A stretch of 64,000 nucleotides of DNA from an uncultured Ignavibacteriales bacterium (GCA_964416195.1 CAYQDB010000006.1:60765-124764); one strand, 5' to 3'; numbered from the stretch's first letter, positions 10,201-18,595 are shown. Translations and numbers: made by a program. Notes: generated from the sequence alone by a model not told the origin.

Positions 10201-12812
10201 CTATGACGGCATATGGTGAGTGCGGAACTGCTGCCTGCACATTCACTGTAATAGCGCGGTTCAATAGCCCACCGGTTGTCGACGCCGGTAACGATACGAC
10301 CTTAGTCCAGTGTGAGCCAAGCGAGATTTGCCTGCCATTTGTCGTATCCGACTTAGACACTAACATTGTTGAAATCGTCAGTTCTATCGGGGTTGTTCAA
10401 GGTAATCAGGTCTGCTTTACTCCCGAGGATTTTGGGATTTATGACATTGTTATTACGGCTATCGACGAATGTGGTGCCTCGGGTTCGGATACTGTTGTGG
10501 TGACGGTGAACGTGGGCGGCACGGTTGCTATTATTTGTCCCGAGGGGCTTCAGTCAGACACTATTTGCGGGCCGGATACGGTGCGCGTTGTAGCGTTGAT
10601 TACACCTGAGGATGCTGAAGTCACGGTATTGCCCAATGGATACTACGACCCGGCTACCGGTGAGGTTTGTGTCGGCATTGATACCGGCGGTACATACGAT
10701 ATCACCGTGATAGCTGAGGCCCTGTGTGGAAGTGACACCTGTGAGTTTACGCTGGAAGTAGAGCTCGCTCAGCCGCCGGACGTTACCTGCCCCGCGCTGA
10801 TCGACACATTGCTCTGTTTGGCTAAGCCGGTTACTCTCTGTTATCCGGTTACCGTGTCCGGCTCCGTTTCGCAGATAGATGTAAGTCCCATTGGGTACTA
10901 TTCTGATGGATTCGTTTGCTTCCAGGTCGATGAAAACAGCACCTATGAGATAGACGTTATCGCCCAGGGTGTCTGTGGTGCGGATACCTGTCATACCACG
11001 GTAGATGTCACACAGGATCAGGCGCCGGCACTGTTCCTACCGGGTTACCAGACGTTCGAGCGTTGTCTTGACGACACCGACCAGGTTTGTGTCGACGGCA
11101 TCTATGCCACTGATATTGAATCGTCGGTATCGCTCTCCATGACCTGTGGAACAGGCGACTTTACACTCCTCGCCGATGACAGCGGTCTGATTTGTTTCCT
11201 TCCTGACAGCTTCGGCGTCTATGAATTCTGTTTTGAGGCTTTCGATAGCTGCAACACCACAACCGGCTCGTTCTTTGTGGAGATAACGGAGAGAGAAAAT
11301 TGCGATGTGTGTCTGAGGCTTTCAATTGACGGCGGCGAGTGCATTCCTGTCGGCATGGTTCAGGACGTTGACATGCGCATCGAAAGCTGGGATCCGATCG
11401 GCGGCTTTGATATCTTGACAAGCTATGATGCCTCGGTGATGACCTTCCGAACGGCGACAATCACCGGAACTCAGATAGATGGCTGGGAGTATTTCACCTT
11501 CCGTTTCGGTACCGGCGATTGTGGCGACCATTGCCCCTCCGGGTTGATGCGATTTGTGGGGCTGGCCGATATGAACGATGGCGCTCACCATCCACCGGAT
11601 TCGACTTTGATGCCGAATGGGGTGTTGATTGCTATGCAATACCAGGTGGCGAATAACCAGAATCTGGGCGGTTTCTTCCTCCCTATAAGCTTTGTCTGGT
11701 ACAACTGCGGCGACAACGCGTTTTCGAGCCCGTCTGGAGATGACCTATACATTGACCTGAGAATCTACAATGCCGAGACGACGCTGGTTTGGGATGAGGC
11801 GGATGATATCACATATCCTGAGTCGGCTCGCACGTATGGTCTGGGAGCGCCGGATACATGCGTGGAGGGCGGTGGCGAGGGCAAACCGGCGCCGATACGG
11901 TGTGTCGAATTCATCAACGGTGGCATCTGTGTTATTCCTGCCGAGTCTATCGATATACGTGGGGATATCAACCTGAATGGAATTCAGTATGAAATCGCCG
12001 ACGCAGTGGTGTTTACCAACTATTTTATTTACGGCTTTTCGGCATTCAAGATAAACGTGGCCGGACAGACTGCCGCCACTGATGTAAACGCTGATGGTTT
12101 GACACTCAGCATTGGCGACCTTGTGTACTTGATCAGGATTATTATCGGCGATGCAGACCCAATGCCGAAAACCACGCCGCATTCCGAAAAGCTCACCGTC
12201 CGGACCGAACACAACTCCGATGCTATCTTCATCAGCACCGAGGCGGCAAGCACCATTGGAGCAGCCCTGCTTGTCTATGATATAGGCGGCGGTTTGGTTC
12301 TTGATGAACCGCGGCTGGTCTCCGATGCCGATGGGATGGATCTGATGTATGGTATGGAAAACAACGAGCTGCGGCTGCTCATCTATAATATCGGGACCAA
12401 TGTAATTCCCACCGGCAGGAACAATCTTGTCGGGATTCCCTGTCATGGCGACGGTCGACTGAGCCTGATTCGGACTGAAATAGTGGACTACCAGGGCCGA
12501 CCTTATACAGTTGTGGGCAAGGAGAGCGGTTTGCCGACTCGCTTTGCCTTGAACCAGAATTATCCTAATCCATTCAACCCGATGACAACAATCAGTTTCA
12601 CACTGCCCCAACCAAACGAGTGGAAACTGGAAATCTTCAACATTACCGGTCGTCTGGTTCGTGAGTTCCATGCGTCGAGCGATGCAGGTGTCGTTACAGT
12701 GGAGTGGGACGGCAGGACTGTCAACGGATTGCCGGCTGCTTCCGGCGTGTACCTTTACCGCCTGGAGGCTGCCGACTTCACGGCTACCAAGAAGATGGTT
12801 CTTTTAAAATAA
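7299..12812 (+). CDS. giant surface protein (1837 aa): signal peptide, 15 tandem Cys-rich Ig/HYR-like modules, cohesin-like domain, dockerin-like module, T9SS C-terminal sorting domain
   Basis: GGAGGA lies upstream of the ATG, and there is a signal peptide (LVVFFALSPVFATS). Modules of 81-102 aa run from aa 45-1334 with a recurring (Q)VCFxPDxxGxY...DxCG...DT..V.V pattern. The other motifs are IGGFDILTSYDASVMTF (cohesin-like), GDINLNGIQYEIADAVVF / TDVNADGLTLSIGDLVYLI (dockerin-like) and NQNYPNPFNP...SGVYLYRLEA...KKMVLLK (T9SS CTD). A strong terminator follows. Confidence 0.85.
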   Translation: MKRLGFVSISAMLVVFFALSPVFATSGSQTAPMGDALGDNGDEVSCPPPQVLSYDSTIYLCDLEEVCFDVVGVNSGGDLLVISQVEGPGQFQMLTDTSGQTCFMPYEVDSATYLFAYTVERSGDAALPPCCDRDTIRITVVLNQPPEIACPGSQMFYACEPDTFCFTVDATDPEQGPLTFNVLSGNATIEDRTVCVYSEESAEFDVVIEVVDSCDLTDTCVVLVFIEVNNPPYVSMADDFSVFMCQAETICFHATADDLDFDIADVSVNYGTYDAASDKVCFYADTTGVYTLILTAVDTCGAADSDTTIVSVTVNEAPVVDLGDDFSVYLCAETEVCLDAVITDDNIETVYMNFGNYDPQTGQVCFTADTTGSYVIAVLAIDDCGETASDTVVVTVAIGEPLFVDLGEDFDIALCEPTEICVDVETIEVYKSLSTNLGVYNEDTRQVCFVPDTSGVYTLIVEVTDSCDLVASDTVDITVSLNSPPIVSGMTDTALYLCYPQQVCLPVNVFDPDGDIESISVNYNGQYEDGLVCFVPYDSGHYELIVTAMDSCGHVAADTAMVVIETDQGISIECPNDTTIFTCQLVDTFCLPIFGIPENAEVEVLGINTWYDARTETICFWSECSNTNHITVDVSTPCNTYSCEFFVTIACNTDPLVILPPDTTIASCEMEEICLPVGASDAEGNLADVIVEGALYNPITSQVCFTPDTLGTYVIRVTAVDSCEASDWDEIAVNVVLNSAPYITYVLEDSVFSQCALEEICLPVDIGDVDGNLTDVTTSLGFYDAEADQVCFTPDSAGRFCIEIIATDACGLADTAEPCIIVETGDYVQIDCPVTFKPIDIFLCEPGEACWPLNIIGDSFQVETSYGTWANGELCFYADTSGYYGIEVIAVAECNSDTCYIDFDVWISEEVDISCPADTSVVLCEPDTLCRQYTVLSNVDSVTVTAPAFLSGEEVCVPLLQPDDYVITMTAYGECGTAACTFTVIARFNSPPVVDAGNDTTLVQCEPSEICLPFVVSDLDTNIVEIVSSIGVVQGNQVCFTPEDFGIYDIVITAIDECGASGSDTVVVTVNVGGTVAIICPEGLQSDTICGPDTVRVVALITPEDAEVTVLPNGYYDPATGEVCVGIDTGGTYDITVIAEALCGSDTCEFTLEVELAQPPDVTCPALIDTLLCLAKPVTLCYPVTVSGSVSQIDVSPIGYYSDGFVCFQVDENSTYEIDVIAQGVCGADTCHTTVDVTQDQAPALFLPGYQTFERCLDDTDQVCVDGIYATDIESSVSLSMTCGTGDFTLLADDSGLICFLPDSFGVYEFCFEAFDSCNTTTGSFFVEITERENCDVCLRLSIDGGECIPVGMVQDVDMRIESWDPIGGFDILTSYDASVMTFRTATITGTQIDGWEYFTFRFGTGDCGDHCPSGLMRFVGLADMNDGAHHPPDSTLMPNGVLIAMQYQVANNQNLGGFFLPISFVWYNCGDNAFSSPSGDDLYIDLRIYNAETTLVWDEADDITYPESARTYGLGAPDTCVEGGGEGKPAPIRCVEFINGGICVIPAESIDIRGDINLNGIQYEIADAVVFTNYFIYGFSAFKINVAGQTAATDVNADGLTLSIGDLVYLIRIIIGDADPMPKTTPHSEKLTVRTEHNSDAIFISTEAASTIGAALLVYDIGGGLVLDEPRLVSDADGMDLMYGMENNELRLLIYNIGTNVIPTGRNNLVGIPCHGDGRLSLIRTEIVDYQGRPYTVVGKESGLPTRFALNQNYPNPFNPMTTISFTLPQPNEWKLEIFNITGRLVREFHASSDAGVVTVEWDGRTVNGLPAASGVYLYRLEAADFTATKKMVLLK

Positions 12813-12835
12813 CTCCCTCTCTTCTCTTTCCTCAG

Positions 12836-12874
12836 AAGCGCCCGATATAGACTACACCGTCGGGCGCTTTTTTT
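12836..12874 (+). terminator. Rho-independent terminator of the 1837-aa gene
   Basis: The stem is GCGCCCGA (12838-12845) paired with TCGGGCGC (12860-12867). It is followed by a run of 7 T (12868-12874), 24 nt after the stop codon. Confidence 0.8.
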
Positions 12875-12892
12875 ATTCTCTCCGGTTCGAGT

Positions 12893-12922
12893 ATGGGGCA
12901 GATGTGGACATCTGCCGCCCAC
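12893..12922 (+). repeat. 30-nt element ATGGGGCAGATGTGGACATCTGCCGCCCAC, second identical copy
   Basis: Identical to 1908-1937. With flanks, 39 nt match with 2 mismatches. Confidence 0.85.
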
Positions 12923-12934
12923 GAAATAGCAGCG

Positions 12935-13405
12935 TTACTTATGGTAGTCCGTACCGTGAAGAATTGTAAAGGCGCGGTAGAGCTGTTTCAGCAGAATCAG
13001 CCTAACGAGCTGGTGGGAAAAGGTTAGAGAAGATAAAGACAAAACGTGGTCGGCTTTGTTCAGAATGACATCATCAAGTCCGTACGCTCCGCCAATAATA
13101 AAGTTCACTGTCCCACCGCTTTTGATCTGAAGCGTCTCAAGCATCTTGGCAAAAGCAGGTGTATCTCTTTGCTCGCCTTTATCAGCTAAGGCAACACATA
13201 ATCCTTTTTAACATTCCTTCTCCAACAGTCTGGCCTCACGTTTTTTGATCTCAGCAGGTGTCAGCGAGGACGCTTCTTTCAGGGGAAGCGCAATTTTCCA
13301 CTCGACCTTGGCGAAGCGGGAGAGCAGCTTTTCAAAATGGGCGCAGCCTTCTTCGACCCAACGGTCTTTGTGTTTCCCGATAGCAACTATTCGGATCTTA
13401 AGCAA
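12935..13405 (-). pseudogene. rlmH: 23S rRNA (pseudouridine1915-N3)-methyltransferase RlmH, interrupted by one in-frame TAA (13208-13210)
   Basis: The track ORFs 13208-13405 (MLKIRIVAIGKHKDRWVEEGCAHFEKLL...) and 12935-13144 (...NFIIGGAYGLDDVILNKADHVLSLSSLTFSHQLVRLILLKQLYRAFTILHGTDYHK) are in the same frame. The 21 codons between them (KDLCVALADKGEQRDTPAFAK) also match the RlmH consensus. Total length is 157 codons, the normal RlmH size. Confidence 0.75.
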
Positions 13406-13799
13406 ACGAGCCGACCTTGACTATGAGCCGCCGCCGCCTGGGGCCGTCAAATTCGCAGAAGTAGATTCCCTGCCATCGTCCCAGTACAAGCCGCTTGCTT
13501 TCAAAGGCGATCAGTTCTGAAGAGCCTATCAATGATGCTTTGACGTGTGCGTCCGAATTGCCTTCGGCGTGGTGGTACCCATCCGCCTGGGGTATCTCTT
13601 TTTGCAATTTGTATAACAGGTCCCGCTTCACATCTGGGTCGGCGTTTTCGTTAATAGTAATGGCTGCCGTTGTGTGGGGAACGAAACAGAATGCCAGACC
13701 ACAGTCATGCTCGTTTTCCGAGACTGCCTGCTGCACCAGAGCGGTGACGTCAATTATTTCCTCGCGGATTTTGGATTCAACAGTGAACTTATGTATCAT
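13398..13799 (-). CDS. YjbQ/UPF0047-family protein (secondary thiamine-phosphate synthase-like)
   Basis: 133 aa with family motifs CFVPHTTAAITINENADPDVKRDL and HAEGNSDAHVKASLIGSS. It overlaps the neighbouring genes by 4-8 nt. Confidence 0.8.
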   Translation of the reverse strand: MIHKFTVESKIREEIIDVTALVQQAVSENEHDCGLAFCFVPHTTAAITINENADPDVKRDLLYKLQKEIPQADGYHHAEGNSDAHVKASLIGSSELIAFESKRLVLGRWQGIYFCEFDGPRRRRLIVKVGSFA

Positions 13800-14743
13800 G
13801 CGAACAATGCCTCGGCAAACTGCTTGGGGTCGAAGGGTTGTAGGTCGTCGATTCCTTCCCCCAAGCCAAGGAAGTTGACCGGCACTCCTATTTCCTCAGC
13901 GACAGCGATAATTACGCCCCCCTTAGCAGTGCCGTCAAGCTTGGTGACAATGATACCATCGCAGCCAATCGCCTGAGCGAAAATCTGAACCTGGGAGATC
14001 GCATTCTGCCCTGTGGAGCCGTCAACGACAAGTCTGCTATAGATAGGGGAGTTGGGCAGCGCCTTGGCGATAACCCTCCTGATCTTTTTCAGTTCTTCCA
14101 TCAGGTTCGATTTGGTGTGAAGTCGCCCGGCGGTATCGACCAGCAATATGTCCGCCGAGCGTGCGGCGGCAGCTTTGGAAGCGTCAAAAGCAACTGCCGC
14201 CGGGTCTGAGCCTTCGGCGGATTTGATGATATCGACGTTGCTGCGTTCGGCCCAGATGGCTATCTGGTCAATTGCGGCTGCGCGAAATGTATCACAAGCT
14301 GCGATGACTACTTTCTTGCCTTCAGAGGAAAACCTGGTGGCCAGTTTGCCGATGGTGGTCGTTTTGCCGGTGCCGTTAACGCCCACTATCAACCAGACCA
14401 CCAGCCTTTTGTCGTTTTCGTTTACAAGCGGCGCTCCTTCTCGCATCAGTATGGAAACGATTTCTTCCTGCAAGAGAGCAATGACCTGTTCTCCTTCGGT
14501 TAGGTTTCTCTCTCTTGCCTTCTGCTTGAGGTTCTCGATGAGTCTGGCGGTTGCTTTGACGCCGACGTCGGCTTCGATGAGGATCTGTTCAATTTCTTCC
14601 AGAAGTTCGTCATCAATTTTGCGGCGGCTGACCACCTGAACGATTTTGCCGAGAATGTTCTGCTTGGTCCTGGCCAGCGACCGTTTCAGCTTTTCATACG
14701 AATCAATCATGAGAGTAAGGTAGGTGTCTTTAACACCTGCCAA
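13796..14743 (-). CDS. ftsY: signal recognition particle receptor FtsY
   Basis: SRP-GTPase motifs are present: [22 protein letters not shown] and [10 protein letters not shown]. The start is uncertain: the TTG at 14743 or, more likely, the ATG at 14710. Confidence 0.9.
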   Translation of the reverse strand: MAGVKDTYLTLMIDSYEKLKRSLARTKQNILGKIVQVVSRRKIDDELLEEIEQILIEADVGVKATARLIENLKQKARERNLTEGEQVIALLQEEIVSILMREGAPLVNENDKRLVVWLIVGVNGTGKTTTIGKLATRFSSEGKKVVIAACDTFRAAAIDQIAIWAERSNVDIIKSAEGSDPAAVAFDASKAAAARSADILLVDTAGRLHTKSNLMEELKKIRRVIAKALPNSPIYSRLVVDGSTGQNAISQVQIFAQAIGCDGIIVTKLDGTAKGGVIIAVAEEIGVPVNFLGLGEGIDDLQPFDPKQFAEALFA

Positions 14744-14878
14744 TTATAGCAGAAGTTGTTGTCGGGTTTCTCATTCCGTCCGGCGGCTGCCGGATTCCAT
14801 TCGGAACCCGATCTACTGCACCTGTAATTGTTTTTTCTATCATAACTTAAAAACGATATTTCACGGGAATTTAGTCGC

Positions 14879-17800
14879 TCAGTCCCGATCCTCCGGTTTG
14901 CCGCCGTAAGGTATCGTAGGATGTAACCGTTCAACGACTATTCTAGGAAGCTCCTTAGTATCATCTTGTGAAACGACTGGTGCTGTCTCCGCTATCTCAA
15001 TTGGTTCGCCGGCATCGGTATCGATTCTCACGGCACCTTTTGCTTCATCCCGCTGAACGTCAGCAAACCTGACAGCAACCAGCTTGGAGATACCGGGTTC
15101 CTCCATAGTGACACCGTAAAGATTGTCAGCGGCTTCCATGGTAATCTTGTTGTGAGTGATGGAGATGAACTGAGTCCGGTTGGCAAAAGTTCCGATCATT
15201 TTGAGAAACCGACGGCAGTTGGCATCGTCGAGGGGGGCATCGATTTCATCGAGGATGCAGAATGGGGACGGCTTGACAAGATAGAGGGAAAAGAGGAGAG
15301 AGATAGCCGTCAGCGCCCGCTCACCGCCGGACATCTGATTTATGGACAACAGCTTCTTCCGACCGGGACGAGCGATGATCTCGATGTGCGACTCCAACGG
15401 GTCGGCCGGATCCGCCAGAAAAATGTCGGCCTCCCCGCTTGTGAATAACTCAACGAAGAGCTTTTTGAAATTGCTGCGCACTTTTTCAAACGTCTCAGTA
15501 AACAGGTTTTTTGCCGTCTGATTGATCTTTGTGATAGTAGTCTGAAGATCGGTTTTGGCATTGGTTAAGTCGGCCAACTGTTCCTTGAGGAAACGCTCAC
15601 GATCGCTGGCTGTCTGGTATTCTTCGAGGGCAAGAAGATTGACGGCGCCGAATTTCTTCAGCGCTTCTTTCTGTTTCAACAGAAGCTCACGTGCCTGTTC
15701 CTCCGTGAGCTTTTCATCCGGACTGACAGCCTCTACTAAAGCAATATCGACCTCGAATTCCTCACGTATCCTGTCGCTGACAGCCTTGATCTCCGACTCA
15801 AGGGTATTAAGATGAATTTCCAACTGGTGTATCTGGTCGCTTAACGTATCTCTTTCGCCCCGGATTTCCTTGAGCTGCTTTTCTCGTGCGGAGACTCGCT
15901 CCAGTAGTTCTATCTGGACATTTCGTAGACCGTTCTGACGGGCAGCGATCCCGGTGCGCTCCTCGAAAGCGGCTTTCAGCCATCTTTCCAGCTCAGAGAT
16001 TTTCTGGGTTGAGGTCTCAATCTCCTGCTCGGCCGTGTGAATTTCAATCTGTTTAGCTTCGATTGTCCTGACGATCTCCTGCCGCAACTCTTGGAGGTGG
16101 TTGAGCTTGCTCTCGGTTTGCTCAGTTTTACTTTTTGCTTCAACGACCGCTACTTGTAGCTGTGAGACATTTTCAAGCGTGGCTGTGGTGGTGTCCTCAG
16201 ATTCACTCAACCGGTCGCTTGTCTGTGATATACTGCGAGCAAGGTCCTCTCTTTGGGAGGAAAGCTGGTCGAAGTCCAGACCCAGATTATACTGGCGAGA
16301 ACGGATTTTCTCGAGCTTGGCGTTGCAACTGAGCCGTTCTTTGCGGAGACGGTCAAGTTCGCTTTCGATAGAACGGCGCTGGTACTCGACCTCGTTGAGT
16401 TTACTCTTAATTGACTCAAGTTCCTCAGCCAGAGTCTCCAGCGATTGGGATAGCCGTGAAGACTCTGCACGGGAGGCGGCGATCTCGGCTATGACCCTGC
16501 TCTTTTCCTGCTGGATAGAGCTTAGTCGCTCGTGCAACTGTTCCACCATTTTCTGTTGCTCGGCAACTTTTTCCTGGCGGCGAAAGAGAGGAAACCTGTC
16601 ATCTGAACCGCCCGAGATGATATTCTTGCTGTACACCATCCCATCGGTAGACACCGCCTGGAATCCGAATGGAAGCTGACGAAGAATGTTTCGCGGATTG
16701 CATCCTTCCTTGAAGACCGCCGTCCGGGCCAAGACAGCCTCCATCAAGGGTCGAAGGTCAGAATCTGTCGAGATAAAGCTATCCATCCACCCAATAAATT
16801 CCGGCACATCCAGTTCTGGACGTTTCACAACCGGGTTAAGCGTCCCGCTGTCCGGCACGAGGATGCCGACCTTGCCTTTCTTTTCCGCTTTCAGGTAGTT
16901 TATGATTGCCTCGGCAGCCGAGCGATCCCTACAGATGATAAAACCGGCGATTTCCCCGAGTGCCGCCTCTACTGCTGTTTCCAGTCCTTCCACAGGGACG
17001 AACTTCTCTGCTGCGGTACCGATCAGGCCCTCACTAAAGCGTTCACGTACCTCCATGGCCGCAACGACACCAGATTCATAGCCTTCATAGTGGATGATCA
17101 TGTCCTCAAGCAGACTGCGACGGGCCTGACAGGCCTCAATGGAGGCGGTCAGGTTCGAGATTTCAAGGGAAAGCTCCTCACTTCTTTCCAGCAGTTGCTC
17201 GATTTGATTAGAGAGATCGTGGTGCGATTTCTCGTCGGCGATTTTGCGAGCGTTAGTCTCATCCAGAGTTTGCCGGTGAGCAGAGGTCTGTGCGCTTAGT
17301 GTTTCCCGCAGCCTGGTCTTTTCGGTGGTTTGATTGTCAATATCACTGCCAAGCTGCTTCAACTCCTCTTCCTGCTCATGGAGGCTTTCCACTTCCGTTC
17401 GTCCGGAAGACAGCCTTCCCTCGAGGTCGAGGAGTTTCTCGTTTTCCTGTTCTTTGGCTGTTCGGACGTTAAGCAGTTGTCTGTCGGCTTCTGCTTGCTC
17501 CCTTTCGGCCTCGTTTAGACGAGAGGTAAGAGTCTCAGCGTCTTCCTTGAGTTGTTTAATTTCGTTTCCGGTTTCGTCGGACTGCTCTCCCAGAAGCTTT
17601 TCCCTGGTCTGAAGAGATTGGATTTCGTTTTGATTGCGCTCAATAAGCGATCTGGCGTTAGAGCGCTTCTCCGTCAGTATTGAGATTTCCTTTTCGCATG
17701 AATGAGCTCTTTCCGAAGCCTGGTAGACTTCGTTGCTGACGCTGGTCAGTTCGTGTTCCAGGTCGACCTGCTCTTTGCGGTCTGCCTCCAGTTGGGCGGA

Positions 17801-18595
17801 GATTCGGCTGAGAACCGACTCTCTGTCAAGCCGCTGATCAGTTAGCGTGCCAAGTTGTCCCTTTAGTTCCTGCTTCTCAGATTCAATCGCTTTTATCCGC
17901 CGCGAGCTTAAGTATAGCTCCCAGTTCTTGATATTGTTGGCGACAGCCTGGTAGCGTTCGGCCTTTCGATGTTGGCGTTTGAGCGAGTTGACCTGAGATT
18001 TTACCTCAGCGTAAATGTCATTTAGGCGTAGAAAGTCGTTCTCGGTCGCTTCGAGCTTTCGCAGGGCAACTTTCTTGCGCTGTTTATACTTGGTGATGCC
18101 GGCTGCTTCCTCGAACAGGAAGCGTCGTTCCTCAGCCCGGTCGGAGATTACAGCATCAATCATCTCTGGTTGAATAACTGAGTAGGAGTGGGTGCCCACG
18201 CCGGTGTCGTAGAATAACTCTGTTATATCTTTTAGTCGGCAGGGGACTTTGTTGAGCAGATACTCTGATTCGCCGCTGCGAAACAGGCGCCGGGTAACTT
18301 GTACCTCATGGTATTCTGTTGGTAGGATGCCCTGGTCATTAATCAAGGTTATGGTCACTTCGGACATGCCTAGAGGTTTCACGTCACGGGTGCCATTGAA
18401 GATCACCTCTTCCATTTTGCTCCCTCGCAAGAGGGTGACTTTCTGCTCTCCCAGCACCCAGCGGATGGCATCGAGGATGTTCGTTTTGCCGCAGCCGTTA
18501 GGACCGACGATAGCTGTAATACCATTAGAGAAGTATATACTTGTTTTATTGGTAAAGGATTTGAATCCCAGCAGATCAAGTTGCTTTAGATACAC
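14879..18595 (-). CDS. smc: chromosome segregation protein SMC
   Basis: 1238 aa. The N-terminal Walker A is FSNGITAIVGPNGCGKTNILDAI. Long coiled coils flank a hinge. The C-terminal signature is LSGGERALTAISLLFSL followed by the Walker B CILDEIDAPLD. Confidence 0.95.
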   Translation of the reverse strand: MYLKQLDLLGFKSFTNKTSIYFSNGITAIVGPNGCGKTNILDAIRWVLGEQKVTLLRGSKMEEVIFNGTRDVKPLGMSEVTITLINDQGILPTEYHEVQVTRRLFRSGESEYLLNKVPCRLKDITELFYDTGVGTHSYSVIQPEMIDAVISDRAEERRFLFEEAAGITKYKQRKKVALRKLEATENDFLRLNDIYAEVKSQVNSLKRQHRKAERYQAVANNIKNWELYLSSRRIKAIESEKQELKGQLGTLTDQRLDRESVLSRISAQLEADRKEQVDLEHELTSVSNEVYQASERAHSCEKEISILTEKRSNARSLIERNQNEIQSLQTREKLLGEQSDETGNEIKQLKEDAETLTSRLNEAEREQAEADRQLLNVRTAKEQENEKLLDLEGRLSSGRTEVESLHEQEEELKQLGSDIDNQTTEKTRLRETLSAQTSAHRQTLDETNARKIADEKSHHDLSNQIEQLLERSEELSLEISNLTASIEACQARRSLLEDMIIHYEGYESGVVAAMEVRERFSEGLIGTAAEKFVPVEGLETAVEAALGEIAGFIICRDRSAAEAIINYLKAEKKGKVGILVPDSGTLNPVVKRPELDVPEFIGWMDSFISTDSDLRPLMEAVLARTAVFKEGCNPRNILRQLPFGFQAVSTDGMVYSKNIISGGSDDRFPLFRRQEKVAEQQKMVEQLHERLSSIQQEKSRVIAEIAASRAESSRLSQSLETLAEELESIKSKLNEVEYQRRSIESELDRLRKERLSCNAKLEKIRSRQYNLGLDFDQLSSQREDLARSISQTSDRLSESEDTTTATLENVSQLQVAVVEAKSKTEQTESKLNHLQELRQEIVRTIEAKQIEIHTAEQEIETSTQKISELERWLKAAFEERTGIAARQNGLRNVQIELLERVSAREKQLKEIRGERDTLSDQIHQLEIHLNTLESEIKAVSDRIREEFEVDIALVEAVSPDEKLTEEQARELLLKQKEALKKFGAVNLLALEEYQTASDRERFLKEQLADLTNAKTDLQTTITKINQTAKNLFTETFEKVRSNFKKLFVELFTSGEADIFLADPADPLESHIEIIARPGRKKLLSINQMSGGERALTAISLLFSLYLVKPSPFCILDEIDAPLDDANCRRFLKMIGTFANRTQFISITHNKITMEAADNLYGVTMEEPGISKLVAVRFADVQRDEAKGAVRIDTDAGEPIEIAETAPVVSQDDTKELPRIVVERLHPTIPYGGKPEDRD

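Noticed and set aside
11745-12671. 308-aa minus-strand ORF inside the giant gene (plus 9633-10094, 10554-10994, 11322-11639)
   Set aside because: These are shadow ORFs antisense to a gene with strong domain evidence (dockerin-like, T9SS CTD). They have no signal or motif of their own.
16101-16679. 192-aa plus-strand ORF (and several 60-100-aa ORFs) inside smc
   Set aside because: Ser/Leu/Arg-rich antisense frames are the usual artefact opposite Glu/Leu/Lys-rich coiled-coil coding sequence.
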